Of a stretch of 64,000 nt of DNA, positions 37,643 through 51,710 are shown one piece after another. Position 1 is the stretch's first letter. Each line of letters begins with the position of its first letter. Source of the DNA: the human T2T-CHM13v2.0 reference genome, Homo sapiens; assembly GCF_009914755.1 (NCBI RefSeq), contig NC_060932.1, one strand, 5' to 3'. Under the pieces are notes generated by a model, which saw nothing but the letters and a program-made list of their open reading frames with translations, made no database searches and was not told the origin of the DNA. A program made the position numbers and the translations under genes.

Positions 37643-40522
37643 TTACTTTTTTTCTTCTAAAATGTCACATGATGAAGACATGCTGCTACTTGCTTATAAT
37701 AATGTATTATCAATTTAGTTATTTTTTTTTTCAGTTAAAATTAATATGCTTCTCATGTGACAACCAGGAACCGGTAGAGCTGGGGTGTTTTTCCTTAACA
37801 GTTCCTTATAGGTTATTTACAAAGATGAATCATTTTCACAACATTGAATGATGTCACAAATGAAGCTGGAAGGCAAGGCTTTGATTATCCTAAGCATCGG
37901 AATTTGTAAAAAGAGTTTAAAATGGAGTATGATTATAGGAAGTTAAATACAGAATATATCATTTAGACAGGGAGAAAAATGGCCGATAGGAAGCAGAACT
38001 TGCAGCTCCCACTCGGATGGACAGAGCAGTGTATGGAGATTCATATAGTAAACTTTTGCTTCGAGAACTACCACAGGAACATATGATGAAGGCTGGGAGG
38101 ATCCACAGATCCTTTGAAAAAAGCAGTTTACCTCTGCAGGTTCCGTGAGACAGTCAAAAAACTGTGAGTGCTTAAATTGTGTGGGGGAATGTCTTTCCCC
38201 GGGCACACATCCTCACTGGGGAACCTGAAGGTCCAGTTAATGGGAGAATGACCTGATCTTACCTGTAGCTGAGACAAATTTAGAAAGCCAGGCCAAATAT
38301 AGGGGTAGAAGAAGCAGTAGGAAGAGCCCCGTGGGCATTCTCTGTCCCCAGAGAAGCCATTCCTGACTTTGTCTCACAGGGATCCTTGGGGAGGGCTGCC
38401 AGTAGAGTTGGAAAAAGACCACAGGGAGAAGAAAACTTCCAGCTGCACTTTGTAACAATTTTGACAGGAAGTTTCCTGAACAGCATCTGGGGGAGGAGCC
38501 AAATAGGGAGTAAAGATACAAACGCTGAAACAGTGGCAGGCTGGGAGGTGTGAAACCTGAAAGCCCTGCTTGCTTTCTCAGCGGGGATGCTGGTAGCCTT
38601 GGGCAAGTTCTCAGTCTTGTTCACCAGCTGCCTGGAAATAAACTCAGTGCTGTTGGACGCCGGGGATGATGGGAGTGAGACTGGCATTTCGGACTATGTG
38701 GGAACTGGGTGAGGCCTGACACTGCTGGCTTTGCCCCACTTCCCTGGTGACCTATATGACTCAGCAGAGGTAGCCATAATCCCTCTGGAAACATAACTCC
38801 ATTGGCCTGAGAACCACACCCCCATCCCCCACAGCCACCATAGCAAGCACCACCCAAGGAGAGTCTGAGCTTTGACTGCCTAAACCTGCCTCAACTTGAT
38901 GGTCTTTCTCCATCCACCTTGGTAGCTGAAAACAAAGGACATACTATCTTGGGAGCTCTATAGTCCTTCCCACTGCTGGGAAACACAAATATTTATCTAG
39001 GTGACCCCAGGGCAAGCTTGTAACCCCCCTGTACTACTGCAGCTGATGCTGTCTTGAAAGTGCATCTCCTGGCTGGAGGCCAATCAACACAAAACCAGGT
39101 CACTAAACAAAACTATAATCAAGGACCCTCACAGAGTCCACTTAACTCCACTGCTACCTCCACTGCAGCAGGTTCTAGTATCTGTAGCTGACAAACCTGA
39201 AGACAGATCACATCAGAGGACTCTTTGAAGACACTCCCCATTACCCGACCAGAGCCCGGTAGCCCTGCTGGGTGGCTAGACCAAGAAGAGAAATAACAAT
39301 CACTGCAGTTCATCTCTCAGGAAGCTCCATCCCTAGAGGAAGGGGAGAGCACCACATTAAGGGAGCACTCCATGGAATAAAAGAATCTGAACAACAGCCC
39401 TTGAGCCCCGGATTTTACCTCTTACCTAATCTACCCAAAAGAGAAGGAACCAGAAAAACAATTCTAGTAATATGACAAAACAGCGTTCTATAACACCCCC
39501 AAAAGATCTCATTAGCTCACCAGCAATGCATCCAAACCAAGACAAAATCTCTGAATTGCCAAAAAAAAAGAATTCAGAAAGTCAATTATTAAACTACTCA
39601 AGGAGGCACCAGAGAAAGGTGAATAAAAATTTAAAGAAATTTTTTAAAAGTTACAGGATATGGATGGAAAAATCTCCAGATAAATAGATAGCACAATTAA
39701 GAAAAAAAATCACAACTTCTGGAAATGAAGGACACACTTAAAGAAATGCAAAATACACTGGAATGTCTCAGCAATAGAATCAAACAAGTAGAAGAAAGAA
39801 CTCCAGAGCTCAAAGACAAGGCTTTTGAATTAACCCAATCCAACACAGACAATGAAAAAAAAAATTTAATGAACATCTTCAAGAAGTCTGGGATTATGTT
39901 AAACAAACAAAATTAAGAATAATTGGTGTTCCCAAGGAAGAAGAGAAATCTGAAAGTTTGGAAAACAAATTTGAGGGAATAATTGAGGAAACTTCCCTGG
40001 CCTTGCTAGAGAACTAAACATCTAAATACAAGAAGCTCAAAGTACAACCGAGAAATTAATTGCAAAAAGATCATCATCTAGGCACATAGTCATCAGGTTA
40101 TGTAAAGTCAAGACAAAGGTAAGAATCTTAAGAAATGTGAGGCAAAAACATCAGTTAATCTGTTAAAAAAAGAAACTATCAGATTAACAGCAGATTTCTC
40201 AGTAGGAGCCCTACAAGCTAGAATAAATTGGGGTCCTATCTTTAGCCTCCTTAAACAAAAAAATGATCAGCCAAGATTTTTGTATCCAGTAAAATTAAGC
40301 TCCCTAAACACAGGAAAGGTACAGTCTTTTTCAGAAAAATGCTGAGATAATTCACCACTACCAAGCCAACACTACAAGAACTGCTGAAAGAAGCTCTACA
40401 TCTTGATACAAATCCTCAAAATACACCAAAATAGAACCTTCTTCAGGCATAAATCTCAAAAGACCTGTAAAACATTAACACAATGAAACAAAAATACACA
40501 AAGTATTCAGGCAACATCTAGC

Positions 40523-43500
40523 ATGATGAAGAGAATAGTATCTCACCTCTCAATACTAATGCTGAATGTAAATGGCCTAAATGCTCCACTTAAAAGATAC
40601 AGCATGCCAGAATCAATAAGAATTCACCAAACAAGTATGTGCTCTTTTCAAGAGACTCACATAACACAGAAGAACTCACATAAAGTTAAGGTAAAGGGTG
40701 GAGAAAGATATTCCATGCAAATAGATATCAAAAGTGAGCAGGACTAGCTATTCTTATATCAGACCAAACAGACTTTAAGGCAACAACAGCTAAAAAAGAC
40801 AAAGAGAGACATCATATAATGATAAAAAGACTAGTCCAACAGGAAAAATATCATAATCCTAAATCTATATGCACCTAACACTGGAGCTCCCAAATGTATA
40901 AATCAATTACTATTAGACCTAAGAAATGAGATAGACAGCAACACAATAATAGTGGGGGACTTCAGTACTCCACTGGCAGAACTAGACAGGTCATCAAGAC
41001 AGAAAGTCAACAAAGAAACAATGGACTTAAACTGTACACTAGAACAAATGAACTTAACAGATATTAACAGAACATTCTACCCAACAACTACAGAATATAT
41101 ATTCTATTCATCAGTGTATGGAAAATTCTCCATGATAGACCATATCATAGGCACAAAACAAGTCTCAGTAAATTTAAGAAATTCAAAATTACATCAAATA
41201 TTCTTTCAGACAATATTTGAATATAATTGGAAATCAACTACAAAAGGAACCCTCAAAACCATGCAAAGACATGAAAATTAAACAACCTGCTCCTTAATGA
41301 TCATTGGGTCAAAAATAAAAGCAAGATAGAAATTAAAAAGTTCTTAGAACTGAATGATAAGAGTGACACAGCCTATCAAAACATCTGGTATAAAACAAAA
41401 TAAGTGCTAAGAGGAAAGTTCATAGCATTGAATGCCTACATCGAAAAGTCTGAAAGATCACAAATAGACAATCTAAGGTCACACCTCAAGGAACTAGAGA
41501 AAAAAGAACAAACCAAACACAAACCCACCAGAAAATAAACAACAGATATAAGAGCAGTGCTAAATGAAATTGAAGCCAAAAGAAATACAAAAAATAAGTG
41601 AAACAAAAAGCTGATTATTTGAAAAGATAGTGAGATTAACCAAGAAAAGAAGAGAGATGATTTATATATGCTCAATTAGAAATTAAATGGGAGATATTAC
41701 AACCTATACCACAGAAATACAAAAGATCATTCAAAGATACTATGAACACCTTTATGCACACAAACTAGAAAACCTAGAGGAGATGGATAAATTCCTGGAA
41801 ATATACAACCCTCCTAGATTAAGACAGGAGAAACTGAAGCTCTGAATAGACCATAACAAGCAGCAAGATTGAAATAGTAATAAAAAATTGCCAAGAAAAA
41901 AAAGTCCAGGACTACATGGATTCACAGCTGAATTCTATCAGACATTCAAAGATGAGTTGGTGCCAATCCTATTGACACTATTCAAAAAAATAGAGAAAGA
42001 GGGAATTCTCTCTAAGCTATTCTATGAAGCCAGTATCACCCTAATACCAAAACCAGGGAAGGACATAACAAAAAAAGAAATTACAGGCCAATATCCCTGA
42101 GGAACATAGATGCAAAAATCCTCAACCAAATACTAGTGCACCAAATCCAACAGCATATCAAAAAGATAATCCACCATGAACAAGTAGGGTTCACATTAGG
42201 GATGCAGGGATGGTTTAATATAAGCAAGTCAATGAATCTGATACATCACATAAACAGAATTAAAAACAAAAATCACATGATCATCTCAACTGATGTAGAA
42301 AAAGCATTTGACAAAATCCAGCATTCCTTTATGATTAAAACCCTTAGCAAAATGGGCATAGAAGGGACATACCATAGGGTAATAAAAGCCATCTATGACA
42401 AACCCACAGCCAACATTGTACTGAACATGGAAAAAGTTGAAAGCATTCTCCCTGAGAACTGGATCAAAGCAAGGACACCCACTTTTAACACTTCTATTCA
42501 ACATAGTACTGGAAGTCCTACCAGAGTGATCAGACAAGAGAAGGAAATAAAGGACACCCAAATCAGTAAAGAGGAAATCAAACTGTTGTCATTCACCAAT
42601 AATATGATCATATACCTAGAGAACCCTAAAGACTCACCCAGAAAGCTTTTAGAGCTGATAAATAAATTCAGTAAAGTGTCAGGATACAAAATTAATGTAC
42701 ACAAATTAGTAGCACTTTTATACACCAACAGTGACCAAACTGAGAATCAAATCAAGAACTCAATCCCCTTTGCAATAGCTGCAAAAAAAAAAAAAAAAAA
42801 AAAATACTTAGGAATATGCCTAACCAAGGAGGTGAATGACCTCTACAAGGAAAACTACAAAATGCTGCTGAAAGAAATCATAGATGACACAAAAGAAAAT
42901 ACATCCTATGCTCATGGATGGGTAGAATTAATATTGTGAAAATGACCATACTGCAAAAGCAATCTACAAATTCAATGCAATTCCCATCAAAAGATCTTCA
43001 TCATTCTTCACAGAACTAGAAAATAAAATTCCAAAATTCATATGGAATGAAAAATGAGGCCACATAGCCAAAGCAAGACTAAGCAAAAAGAACAAATCTG
43101 GAGGCATCACATTACCTGACTTCAAACTATATTATTAGGCTATCATCACCAAAACAGTATGATACTGTTATAAAAATAGGCACATAGACCAATGAAACAG
43201 AATAGAGAAACCAGAAATAAGCTGAATACTTACAGTCAACTAATCTTTGACAAAGCAATAAAAAATATAAAGTAGGGAAAGGACACCCTATTCAACAAAT
43301 GGTGCTGGTATAATAGGCAAGTCACATGTAGAAGAATGAAACTGGATCCTCATCTCCCACCTTATATAAAAATCACCTAAATATGGATCAAAGATTTAAA
43401 TCTAAGACCTGAAACCATAAAAATTCTGGAAGATAACATTAGAAAAACCCTTCTAGACATTGGCTTAGGCAAAGACTTTATGACAAAGAACCCCAAAACA

Positions 43501-44264
43501 AATGCAACAAAAACAAAGATAAATGATTGGACTTAAATAAACTTAAAAACTTCTGCATAGCACAAGAAAATCAGTAAACATACAACCTGCAGAGTGAGAG
43601 AAAATCTTTGCAAACTATTCATCCAACAAAGGACTAATATCCAGAATCTACAAAGGACTAATATCCAGAATCTACAAAGAACTGAAATCAGAAGAAAAAA
43701 ACAAACAGTCCCATCAGAAAGTGGGCTAAGGACATGAATAGACAGTTCTCAAAAGAAGATGTACAAATGGCCAACAAACATATGAAAAATGCTGAACATC
43801 ACTAATTATCAGGGAAATGCAAATCAAAAACCACAATGCGATACCACCTTACTCCTGGAAGAATGGTCATAATCAAAACACCAAAACATAAGAGATGTTG
43901 GTGTGGAGGTGGTGAAAAGGGAATGTAAACTAATAGGACCACTATGGAAAACAATGTGGAGATTCCTTAAAGAACTAAAAGTAGATCTATCATTTGATCC
44001 AGCAATCCCACTCCTAGGTATCTATCCAGAGGAAAATAAGTCATTATATGAAAAAGATACTTGCATGCACATGTTTATAGCAGTGCAATTCACAATTACA
44101 AAAATATGGAATCAGCCCAAATACCTATCAATTGAGTGGATAAAGAAATTGTGGTATATATACACCATGGAATACTACTCAGCCATAAAAAGGAACAAAA
44201 TGATGGCATTTGCAGCAACCTGAATTGGAGACCATTATCTAAGTGAAGTAACTCAGGAATGGAA
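40523..44264 (+). pseudogene. Disrupted L1 ORF2 (EN/RT)
   Basis: Multiple short ORF-track fragments; RT FADD motif reads FTNN. Confidence 0.9.
43626..43679 (+). repeat. 24-bp tandem duplication in L1
   Basis: acaaaggactaatatccagaatct x2. Confidence 0.95.
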
Positions 44265-44865
44265 GGGTTTAATCAATCATGCCTATGTAGGGAAGTCTCC
44301 ATAAACACCCAAAGAATAGGGTTCAGAGAGCTTCTGCACAGCTAAACATGTTAGGGTTCCTGGAGAATTATGTACCTAGGGAGGACATGGAAGCTCTGTG
44401 CCCTTTCCCATATCTTGCTCTATGCATCCCTTCATTTGTATTTTTTGTAATATACTTTATAATAAACTGGTAAGTATAAGTGTTTCTGTGAGGTCTGTGA
44501 GCCACTCTAGCAAACTAATCAAACCCAAAAAGGGGGTTATGAGATACCCAATTCATAGCTGGTCAGTCAGAAGCATATGTAAAATAACCTGGGGCTTGTA
44601 ATTGGCATCTGAAAGGGGGGCAGTCTTGGAAACTGAGCCCTCAGCCAATGGGATCTGATGCTATCTCTTGGTAGATAATGTTATAATAGAACTGAGTGAG
44701 AGTACACATAGCTGGCATTCTCTGCAGAACGGTTTACTTGCTTGATGGTGGAGAGAAATCCCTACACATTTGGTCCCAGAAGTCCTCTGTATTGATTGAT
44801 GTTGAGTAAAAAAATAGAAAAAGCACTTTTATTTTGTGTATGAGTTTCCTTCTACTCTCAGAGAT
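44265..44865 (+). mobile_element. MER21A-like (ERVL) LTR, 5'-truncated
   Basis: tttaatcaatcatgcctatgt...gggttcagagagcttc...catggaagctctgtgccc...ctgtgagccactctagcaaactaatcaaaccca...cacatttggtcccagaagt. Confidence 0.85.
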
Positions 44866-45569
44866 AATTTGTGAGTAGTCCAAATTCTATACCTAATCAC
44901 GTATATAATCTTTAAAAAGGAATGCCATTTTCAGAACTTCAATTTCCTCATCTTTAAAATGGATGGGTGACCATAGGCAATACTTGATGTCTCTTTTATA
45001 TTACATTTAAATTTTAGTACAATCATGGCAAATCAAAATAAATCTGATCTTTGGATTTTTTCCTCCATCTTTTATTCTTCATTCTTAGCTATAATTTCAC
45101 TTATATTGTTAGGATAGTTTAACAAGCCCAAAGATTAACATGAGACAATGAAATATCTTCTCTTTCTCATTATTATTATTCCTAGAAATCATAAGCTAAT
45201 TAAACATTTTCTCATCACAGCTGAAGAAAACTACAAAAAGTAAAATAAAAGTAAAAAACTACAAAACTACAAAAAGTAAAATAAAAAGTAACTAATCCTT
45301 AACATTAAAAATGTGGTCACACATATAAAAAGTATTTCATAGTCAATACTTAGAAAATGCTTTTTTGCTGATCTAAGTTTTACCCATATTATTCATTGAA
45401 TTTGTCAATTTAGTTTTTCACCAAATAATAACTGAATGTCTCATATCACAGTATTTAATGGGAACTTTTGAGAGGATGTATAATATTATTGTAGCATAAA
45501 TTAAAATAAGACAAATAACACTACATGAAAAACAAAAATCTTTAATAAAATTAAAATATTTTCAAACTG

Positions 45570-45910
45570 ATAATCAGGTCACTTTAAAATGAAGAAGATG
45601 ATCCTGGATTGTCTGAGTGGCCCCATCTAAGACATGATTTCTTAAAATGGAAGAAAAAGGGGTAGGGGTAGTAGAAAAGGGTCAGCTATAGTTGTGATGT
45701 GAAAAAGACCCAACTCTCCATTGCTGGATTTGAAGATGTAGAAGGTACCACAAGCCAAGGAATGTGGATGTCCTCTAGAAGCTGAAAAATAGAAGGAAAT
45801 GGATTCTCCCCAGTGCTACCAGCAAGTCACACAAGCCCCAGCTGACACCTTGATCTTACTCCAGGGAGACTCTGTGTCAAACTTTGTGTTGTGTTTACAA
45901 GCAATAGATG
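45570..45910 (+). mobile_element. MLT1D-like LTR fragment
   Basis: ccattgctggatttgaagatg...aagccaaggaatgtgg...cctctagaagctg...ggaaatggattctcc...gctgacaccttgat. Confidence 0.8.
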
Positions 45911-48460
45911 ACAAGTATTTATGCATTTAATTCTACATGTCTTTGGATAGAGCCAGCAAAGAGGAAAGAAAGCTACATTTTTTTCTGAGTTAACACAATG
46001 TTTTAACAACGCTTTATTAGCACAATGTTAATAAATAAGTTTGAGAAGAAATAGCAGAAAAAAATGCAGCAAGTTAGATGTAGACCTAGATATACTACTG
46101 ACCATCATTATTCTTCGTCAGATTCTGTATGGGTTTATTTCCACTTATATTGATTCTTTGGTTTACAATCACAACAACTTGTCTGCTTACATGTCTAATT
46201 GGTTTTAAATATTGGAATTCAAACGCTAAAAGTGATATAGATAACCTGAAGTTGACATTACTTTCTTCCAGAAATTATTTACATTTGCTTTTGGCAAGCA
46301 GCTGATGTAGGGGAAATAGCAACCCTATCTCATATTAATCTAATCAATAATTGGTATGATTTAAAGCTGGGCCTTACTTTCTAAAAGGGCTGGCTTATGT
46401 TTCACTCTTCATGGATATAGATGAGTCTGGAAGGTTTCCCAATACTTGAGATGCTTGGTGGGTGTTTTATTGCAATTTTGATTTGTCTAGCCTTGAGGTA
46501 CTGTTGCAATATCTGTTCATTTTCTTAGCCATGTCTGTGGGCATCAGTTAGCATCTTGGGAAAAGGTATCTCAAAATGATAGACTTAGCTCACTGGATTT
46601 CCTTCTTCTACATCTTAGCCCTATAATCCTATACTATCTTCCTGCTCTTACATTTTCAGTTAGTTTTTGATTTTTTAAATTTTTGTCCTGCTTTCTCAAT
46701 TTTCTTTCAGTGAGATGACCTGCTCAAATCATTCATCTGCATTAATATATGTTTATAATTATTCTAAAGGTTTAGTAGTTAGTAGAGGAAAATATTACAT
46801 CTGTGTTTTCTTATCTAAAATAATGAATTGCTTTAAAAATTTAAATATATAGAAAAAATAAAACCTTTTTTACAGTACATCCTGCCCCCACTTTTTAAAA
46901 AGATTTTTGAAAAACCTGAATACAGTGATTCCTATCTTCATCCGGAAACAAACTTCTTTCATTTTTGAAATGAACAAAGGTTTCTCAATGAATAGAGAAC
47001 ATCTTTTTTACTGCAGCTTTAGGTTTACTGTAAAATTTTAATATGATTTAAGAAAAATGAACATTAATTTGTACAGAGGACATAGATTCAAACATATCGT
47101 TTGGAGTGTGTCCTTCAAAATAGAAATGACAACACAATTGTACTCTTTTTTAGGAGAACATCACTTTTAATTGAAAAGTAAAGCAGTATATCTCAAAACT
47201 CTGTGTTTAACAAAATAAGCCCATAATTTGTTGAGAGAAATAGTTCTTTTAAGTGGTACTGTGAAATTGAGATATCAGAGTATCAACACAGTTCCCCTTC
47301 TTTCATCCTGACTCATCTCTAAGCAATATTAAAAATAAGAACTATTTTCCATAAATTTAATTGCCATAAATTAAATCTGTTAAAGCCTCTTCTTATTCCC
47401 AATTCACTGGCAAAAGGAAGGGAGATTTTAAATAATCATTTCCATACTGAGAAATTCCCAGATAAAAGCAAATAAAGTCACTATTTTCCTTATGAAAAAG
47501 CTACATGTGAGACACACAGGAATACTGACGATATTTAATTCATCCACAAAACTTCAAAACACAAACATTCTTTATCTCCAGCATTATAACAAGATTACAT
47601 TGTATTTACAGGAGGGGCAAGTAGAGGCAATAACTTGGTAAAAATAAATGGCCAGAAACTTTCTAAAATAAAACAAATGAGGAGACAAAGTCAAAGGCAG
47701 ATGCAAGCCTGATGAAAGTGATGGTTTATTATCTTTCTTTTTCCCACTGAAACTAGGTCTACATTTACACAGATGGCTTTTCTTTTAGTAAGAGCTTAGT
47801 TGTCATTCACATTGCATTTGATACATTTTGGAATGAATCAAATATGATATTCCTCCATATGTCTAGCAGATCAAGCACATTTATAAACATTGACCACACC
47901 CACTTCAATCTGGTTTCACCAAGTGTAACTCCCTGGAGATAAATGAATCTTCCATAAGTGCATCAGATGACAGTAATGATATACTTTAGTCATAATTTCC
48001 CTGGAAAATAGTATGATATTCACTGTCATATTGGTTCTTATGAACTAAAGGAAAAAAGGTGTCAGCAATTTGAAGTATTTCATTTTATTCACTGGCATTA
48101 GTGAAGAAACAACTGTTCTATTAGTTGAAACACAAATGGATGCCAATAAATATTTGTATTTCTTATCAGCATTTGGAAAAAAGGGAAGGAAAAAAATAGA
48201 TGAGTTTTTTTTTTTATCTTTAGAAAGCATTTTAATCTAAAACTTCAAAAGACAATTAGAGGTCACTATTTCAAATTCGTAGACTACGCAATTGTCTGCA
48301 TTCCAATCCAGGCAAGTTGTTTGAATACGCTTGAACACCTCCACAGTCTGAGAAGTTGCTTCCTTATTTAGAGCCATTGGGGAATTACCCTTATCTGTAC
48401 TTATTTGATCCATCCCAAACTTTGTTTTATGAATGTGGCAGAAACAAAAAGATGTTTACT

Positions 48461-48602
48461 AGAGTTCAAAAGTACGATATATCATTAAAGTTCAAAAAAA
48501 GTATTATCCTTTAAGTGTCCAAAATATATGGTCCTACTGTAACATGCAAAAATATAAAATGGTTTTCAGATTTTGGGATTGCTTGATTTTTAGTTTCTGA
48601 TG
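48461..48602 (+). repeat. Older ~142-bp dispersed duplication, partner at 50557-50698
   Basis: Shared ctttaagt.tccaaaatatatg.tc.tactgtaacatgcaaa.atataaaat.gtttt.agattt; roughly 80% identical by eye. Confidence 0.8.
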
Positions 48603-50556
48603 TATTACTGAAGAAATTAAGTGTTCTTAATATTTAACATTGTGCCACTCACCACAAATATTAGTTCCATGTTTTATTTTGTCATTTGTTTAGCTCTAAT
48701 CACAACTAAAAGATGTGCTCTACAGGGGTTTTTATTTGCCTCTACTTTTTTGTTCATCTTTAGGATTATTGAAAATCTTAGTCACTTCTCCCTTGAGGCT
48801 TTCGTCCTCCTGGCACTGCTCCTTATAAATTCATATCAATCTACTCCATGTGCCCTCCTTTTTAATACAAATCCTTTTTTTAAATTAAAGCTGATTGAAG
48901 ATTTCCCTGTGCAATCACACATAATTTAATGGGCATGTACCATATTTTACCTAACTCATAAGAAGCATTTGTGTTTCTGAAGTCATAATCATTATTTGAG
49001 AGCTCTTTGAATTCTTGAACAATCCTTTATTGTAGAATGGTATTCATAATTGATTTCAATAACTATGAGTAGGGCAATAACTGCCACCCACTGTCTTCTC
49101 ACACTCTTCATTTTCCATTGTTCCTATTCTCATGCAGTGAAAGAGATCCTTTTAAAACCTCTTGTTTTTCTCAATTTATAAGTTTTATTAATATGCATGA
49201 GCACACAGCATGGCAACAGTGATAAAAAGGTTGTGGGGTGGGGCGAAATGATGTCTTTATAATACAGTTTGATCTATTCCTCCAAAATAGGCACAAAGTC
49301 CATTTACTTCCATACCACCCATTCTTTAGGAGACTGGACCTCTGATGCACAAACAAAAAATATGGCATTAAACTAATGAGGTGTTACTCAGAGCAGAAAC
49401 TACAAAACACATTATAATTTTTTGTTCTCTCAGACCAATTGGGACATAATATAAGCACAACTGAGAGCCAGTATAAAATAGAGGTTAAGAAAATCGATTT
49501 CAGAGTGCATTCATGAGTAATTTTTTAAGGAAAGAATGTAAGATTCGCATACTTTCTGATTTCTAGAATGTCTAAACTGCCTTTCTTCTGCCTGCATATT
49601 TGAATATCTTAGCTGAATGTACGGTCCCTGGATCCCAGTTCTGTTACTTTCAAAATTTGAAAGCATTACAATGCCATCTTCTAGCCTACAGTCGTATAGA
49701 TTAGAAATCTCATAGTTGTCTCTCTCACTTGCTCTCTCTCTTTTCATTATTTCTCACTGACACTCATTTGCTGAGTATGCTTTCAGCCTAAAAGCTAAGC
49801 CATACGTTAAAGCTCAGTTAGTCTGTGTCTCTCTGACTTGACTTCTGCTGGCAGAGGCACAGATACTGTAGAGAGGAGGTGTTACTCTGAGTATATGAGC
49901 ACTCCTTTGACCCATAATGTTAAAAGCCTAAAATGGAATGATCTTACCCCATCTCTGATTTCTGCTGACAAGTCTCCTAAGCTAGCAGAAGAGCAGTCTT
50001 GTTCTGAAGAGAGAACTCTTGATATTCACATCTAGAGAAATAGTGTTTCTCCGTGCACATAGGCTTGCTTTCTGCAGATAAAGGTCTCCAAATAAACAGA
50101 GGTGTAGTCTCCCTTTCCAAGGAAGGGAATATGTCTTTGATCCTTGAGGGAGTGTTTGTTCATGTGTTTATACAAGCTTTTCTCTCCACCCATGGCTGCC
50201 TCTTTCTTGGGGGAAAGATTGTTATATCTCCTTGGTTAGAATGTGACATTTTCCACTACTGTGTAACTCTTGACCTATCTTTTCCAAAGGTGCTATATAG
50301 GAGTCACTAATTTTTCTTCCAACTAGTTGGGTTAATTTGTCTTCTTTAAAATTCTGCTTTCTCCTATAGTATGCACAGAAGTCTAAACTCATTGATAGGT
50401 CATAAGAAGAAGTCTATTTTGGATACAAAGATCAATCATCGATTTGTATTTACTAAAATTGCAATGAAAATAACATTTTCATTTTCATATTTCTGATTCC
50501 TACATGTATTTCACATTTGGTTGGAAAATAGTATATAAATGAGAGATATGATTATC

Positions 50557-50698
50557 AGAGTTTGAAAGTATGGTATGTTCATTAGAGTTCAAAAATGTAA
50601 TATGCTTTAAGTATCCAAAATATATGATCTTACTGTAACATGCAAACATATAAAATAGTTTTAAGATTTCTGGATTTCTGAATTCTTTCTTTCTGATG
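50557..50698 (+). repeat. Partner of 48461-48602
   Basis: Same alignment as for 48461-48602. Confidence 0.8.
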
Positions 50699-50844
50699 GA
50701 CAAAATGTTTTATGCAGACTTCCTAACAAATGAGACTCCAAATGGCGGAAAGGATCAAGGTGAAGCAAGAAAAACCAAGGGAATTGATTCTGTCTTGTAA
50801 TTATGCATAGGTACTATTCCTGTCTGAATAACATTATACAAATC

Positions 50845-51710
50845 ATTTATGTGTAATTTACATACATTAAAATGCACCATTTTTGGTATATCGTTGAACA
50901 ACATTAAACAAATGTTTTCATTAATACAGCCACTGTGAAGCAGGTTCCCTGTGCACTGGTTACCAACTTTGCTTAGTTCAATGAGAGATAATACACTCAT
51001 ATATGCCATGTAACATGGAGTTAATTTATTAGATAGATGCAGCAAGGACAAAAGCAGCCATGGATCCACCATGAGCTAATTCCTCAAGAAATCTTCCCTG
51101 GGCCAATTGACTGTCAACTGTGGGTGCCTCACTTCGACCCCAGTGAAGGGACTCTGAAAGGCAGCCTGCCCTGGTTTACTCACCACAGGAGCAATGTGAG
51201 CCACTGGGCTAAAGCTTTGAAGGACATCCTGTTTCCATGAGAGAAAGGAACATAACCTAGAAGGGAAAGGAACAGGACTTGAGCTATTTCAGGAAGTGCC
51301 TCCCTACCTCAAGATACTGCATGCCCAGCATATTCTGCAGTTATTACTAAGAATGACAAGCAAGAAATGGAGGAGAACTGTGTCAGTCCAAGGTCACTCA
51401 AAGAACTGTTTGTAACTACCAGCATAGTCTATATAGAGAATAATTTGTTTCCTTGTACCCTCTTTAAAGTCAATTCTTGTGCCTGGGAAACCACTGATAT
51501 GATTTCTGACACTATATGTTAGACCTGATTTTTCTAGAATGTCATATTGATGGAATCATGACATATGAATCCTTTTGTATTTGGCTTCCATTGTCCAACA
51601 CAATGTTTTTGATATTCATCCATGATTTTGTGCATATAAGTAGTTTGTTCCTTTTTATCACTGAGTAGTATTCTGTAATATCAACGTACCACACTTGTTT
51701 CATCATTTTC
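50845..51710 (-). mobile_element. L1MB/L1ME 3' end fragment split by an LTR
   Basis: taatttacatacattaaaatgcacc...|...aaccactgatatgatttctg...tggaatcat...ttgttcctttttatcactgagtagtattc. Confidence 0.7.
50934..51415 (-). mobile_element. LTR40-like (ERVL) solo LTR
   Basis: tgtgaagcaggttccctgtgcactggttacc is the reverse LTR terminus; gctaaagctttgaaggacatcctg. Confidence 0.65.

Larger units (their letters stand above)
37970..44264 (+). mobile_element. Near full-length L1PB (L1PB1/L1PBa-like), lacking 3' UTR and poly(A)
   Basis: 5' end ggagaaaaatggccgataggaagcag...cttgcagctcccactcggatggacagagcag; ORF1 remnant ~39440-40434; ORF2 remnant 40523-44264 ([49 protein letters not shown]). Confidence 0.92.

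Noticed and set aside
42136-42939. 267-aa ORF as a functional reverse transcriptase gene
   Set aside because: Fragment of a decayed L1PB ORF2 with internal frameshifts and lost catalytic aspartates
45227-45291. aaaactacaaaaagtaaaataaaa repeated
   Set aside because: Low-complexity slippage duplication; ordinary
49790-50310. Possible old LTR
   Set aside because: Composition is LTR-like but I could not assign termini or a family with confidence
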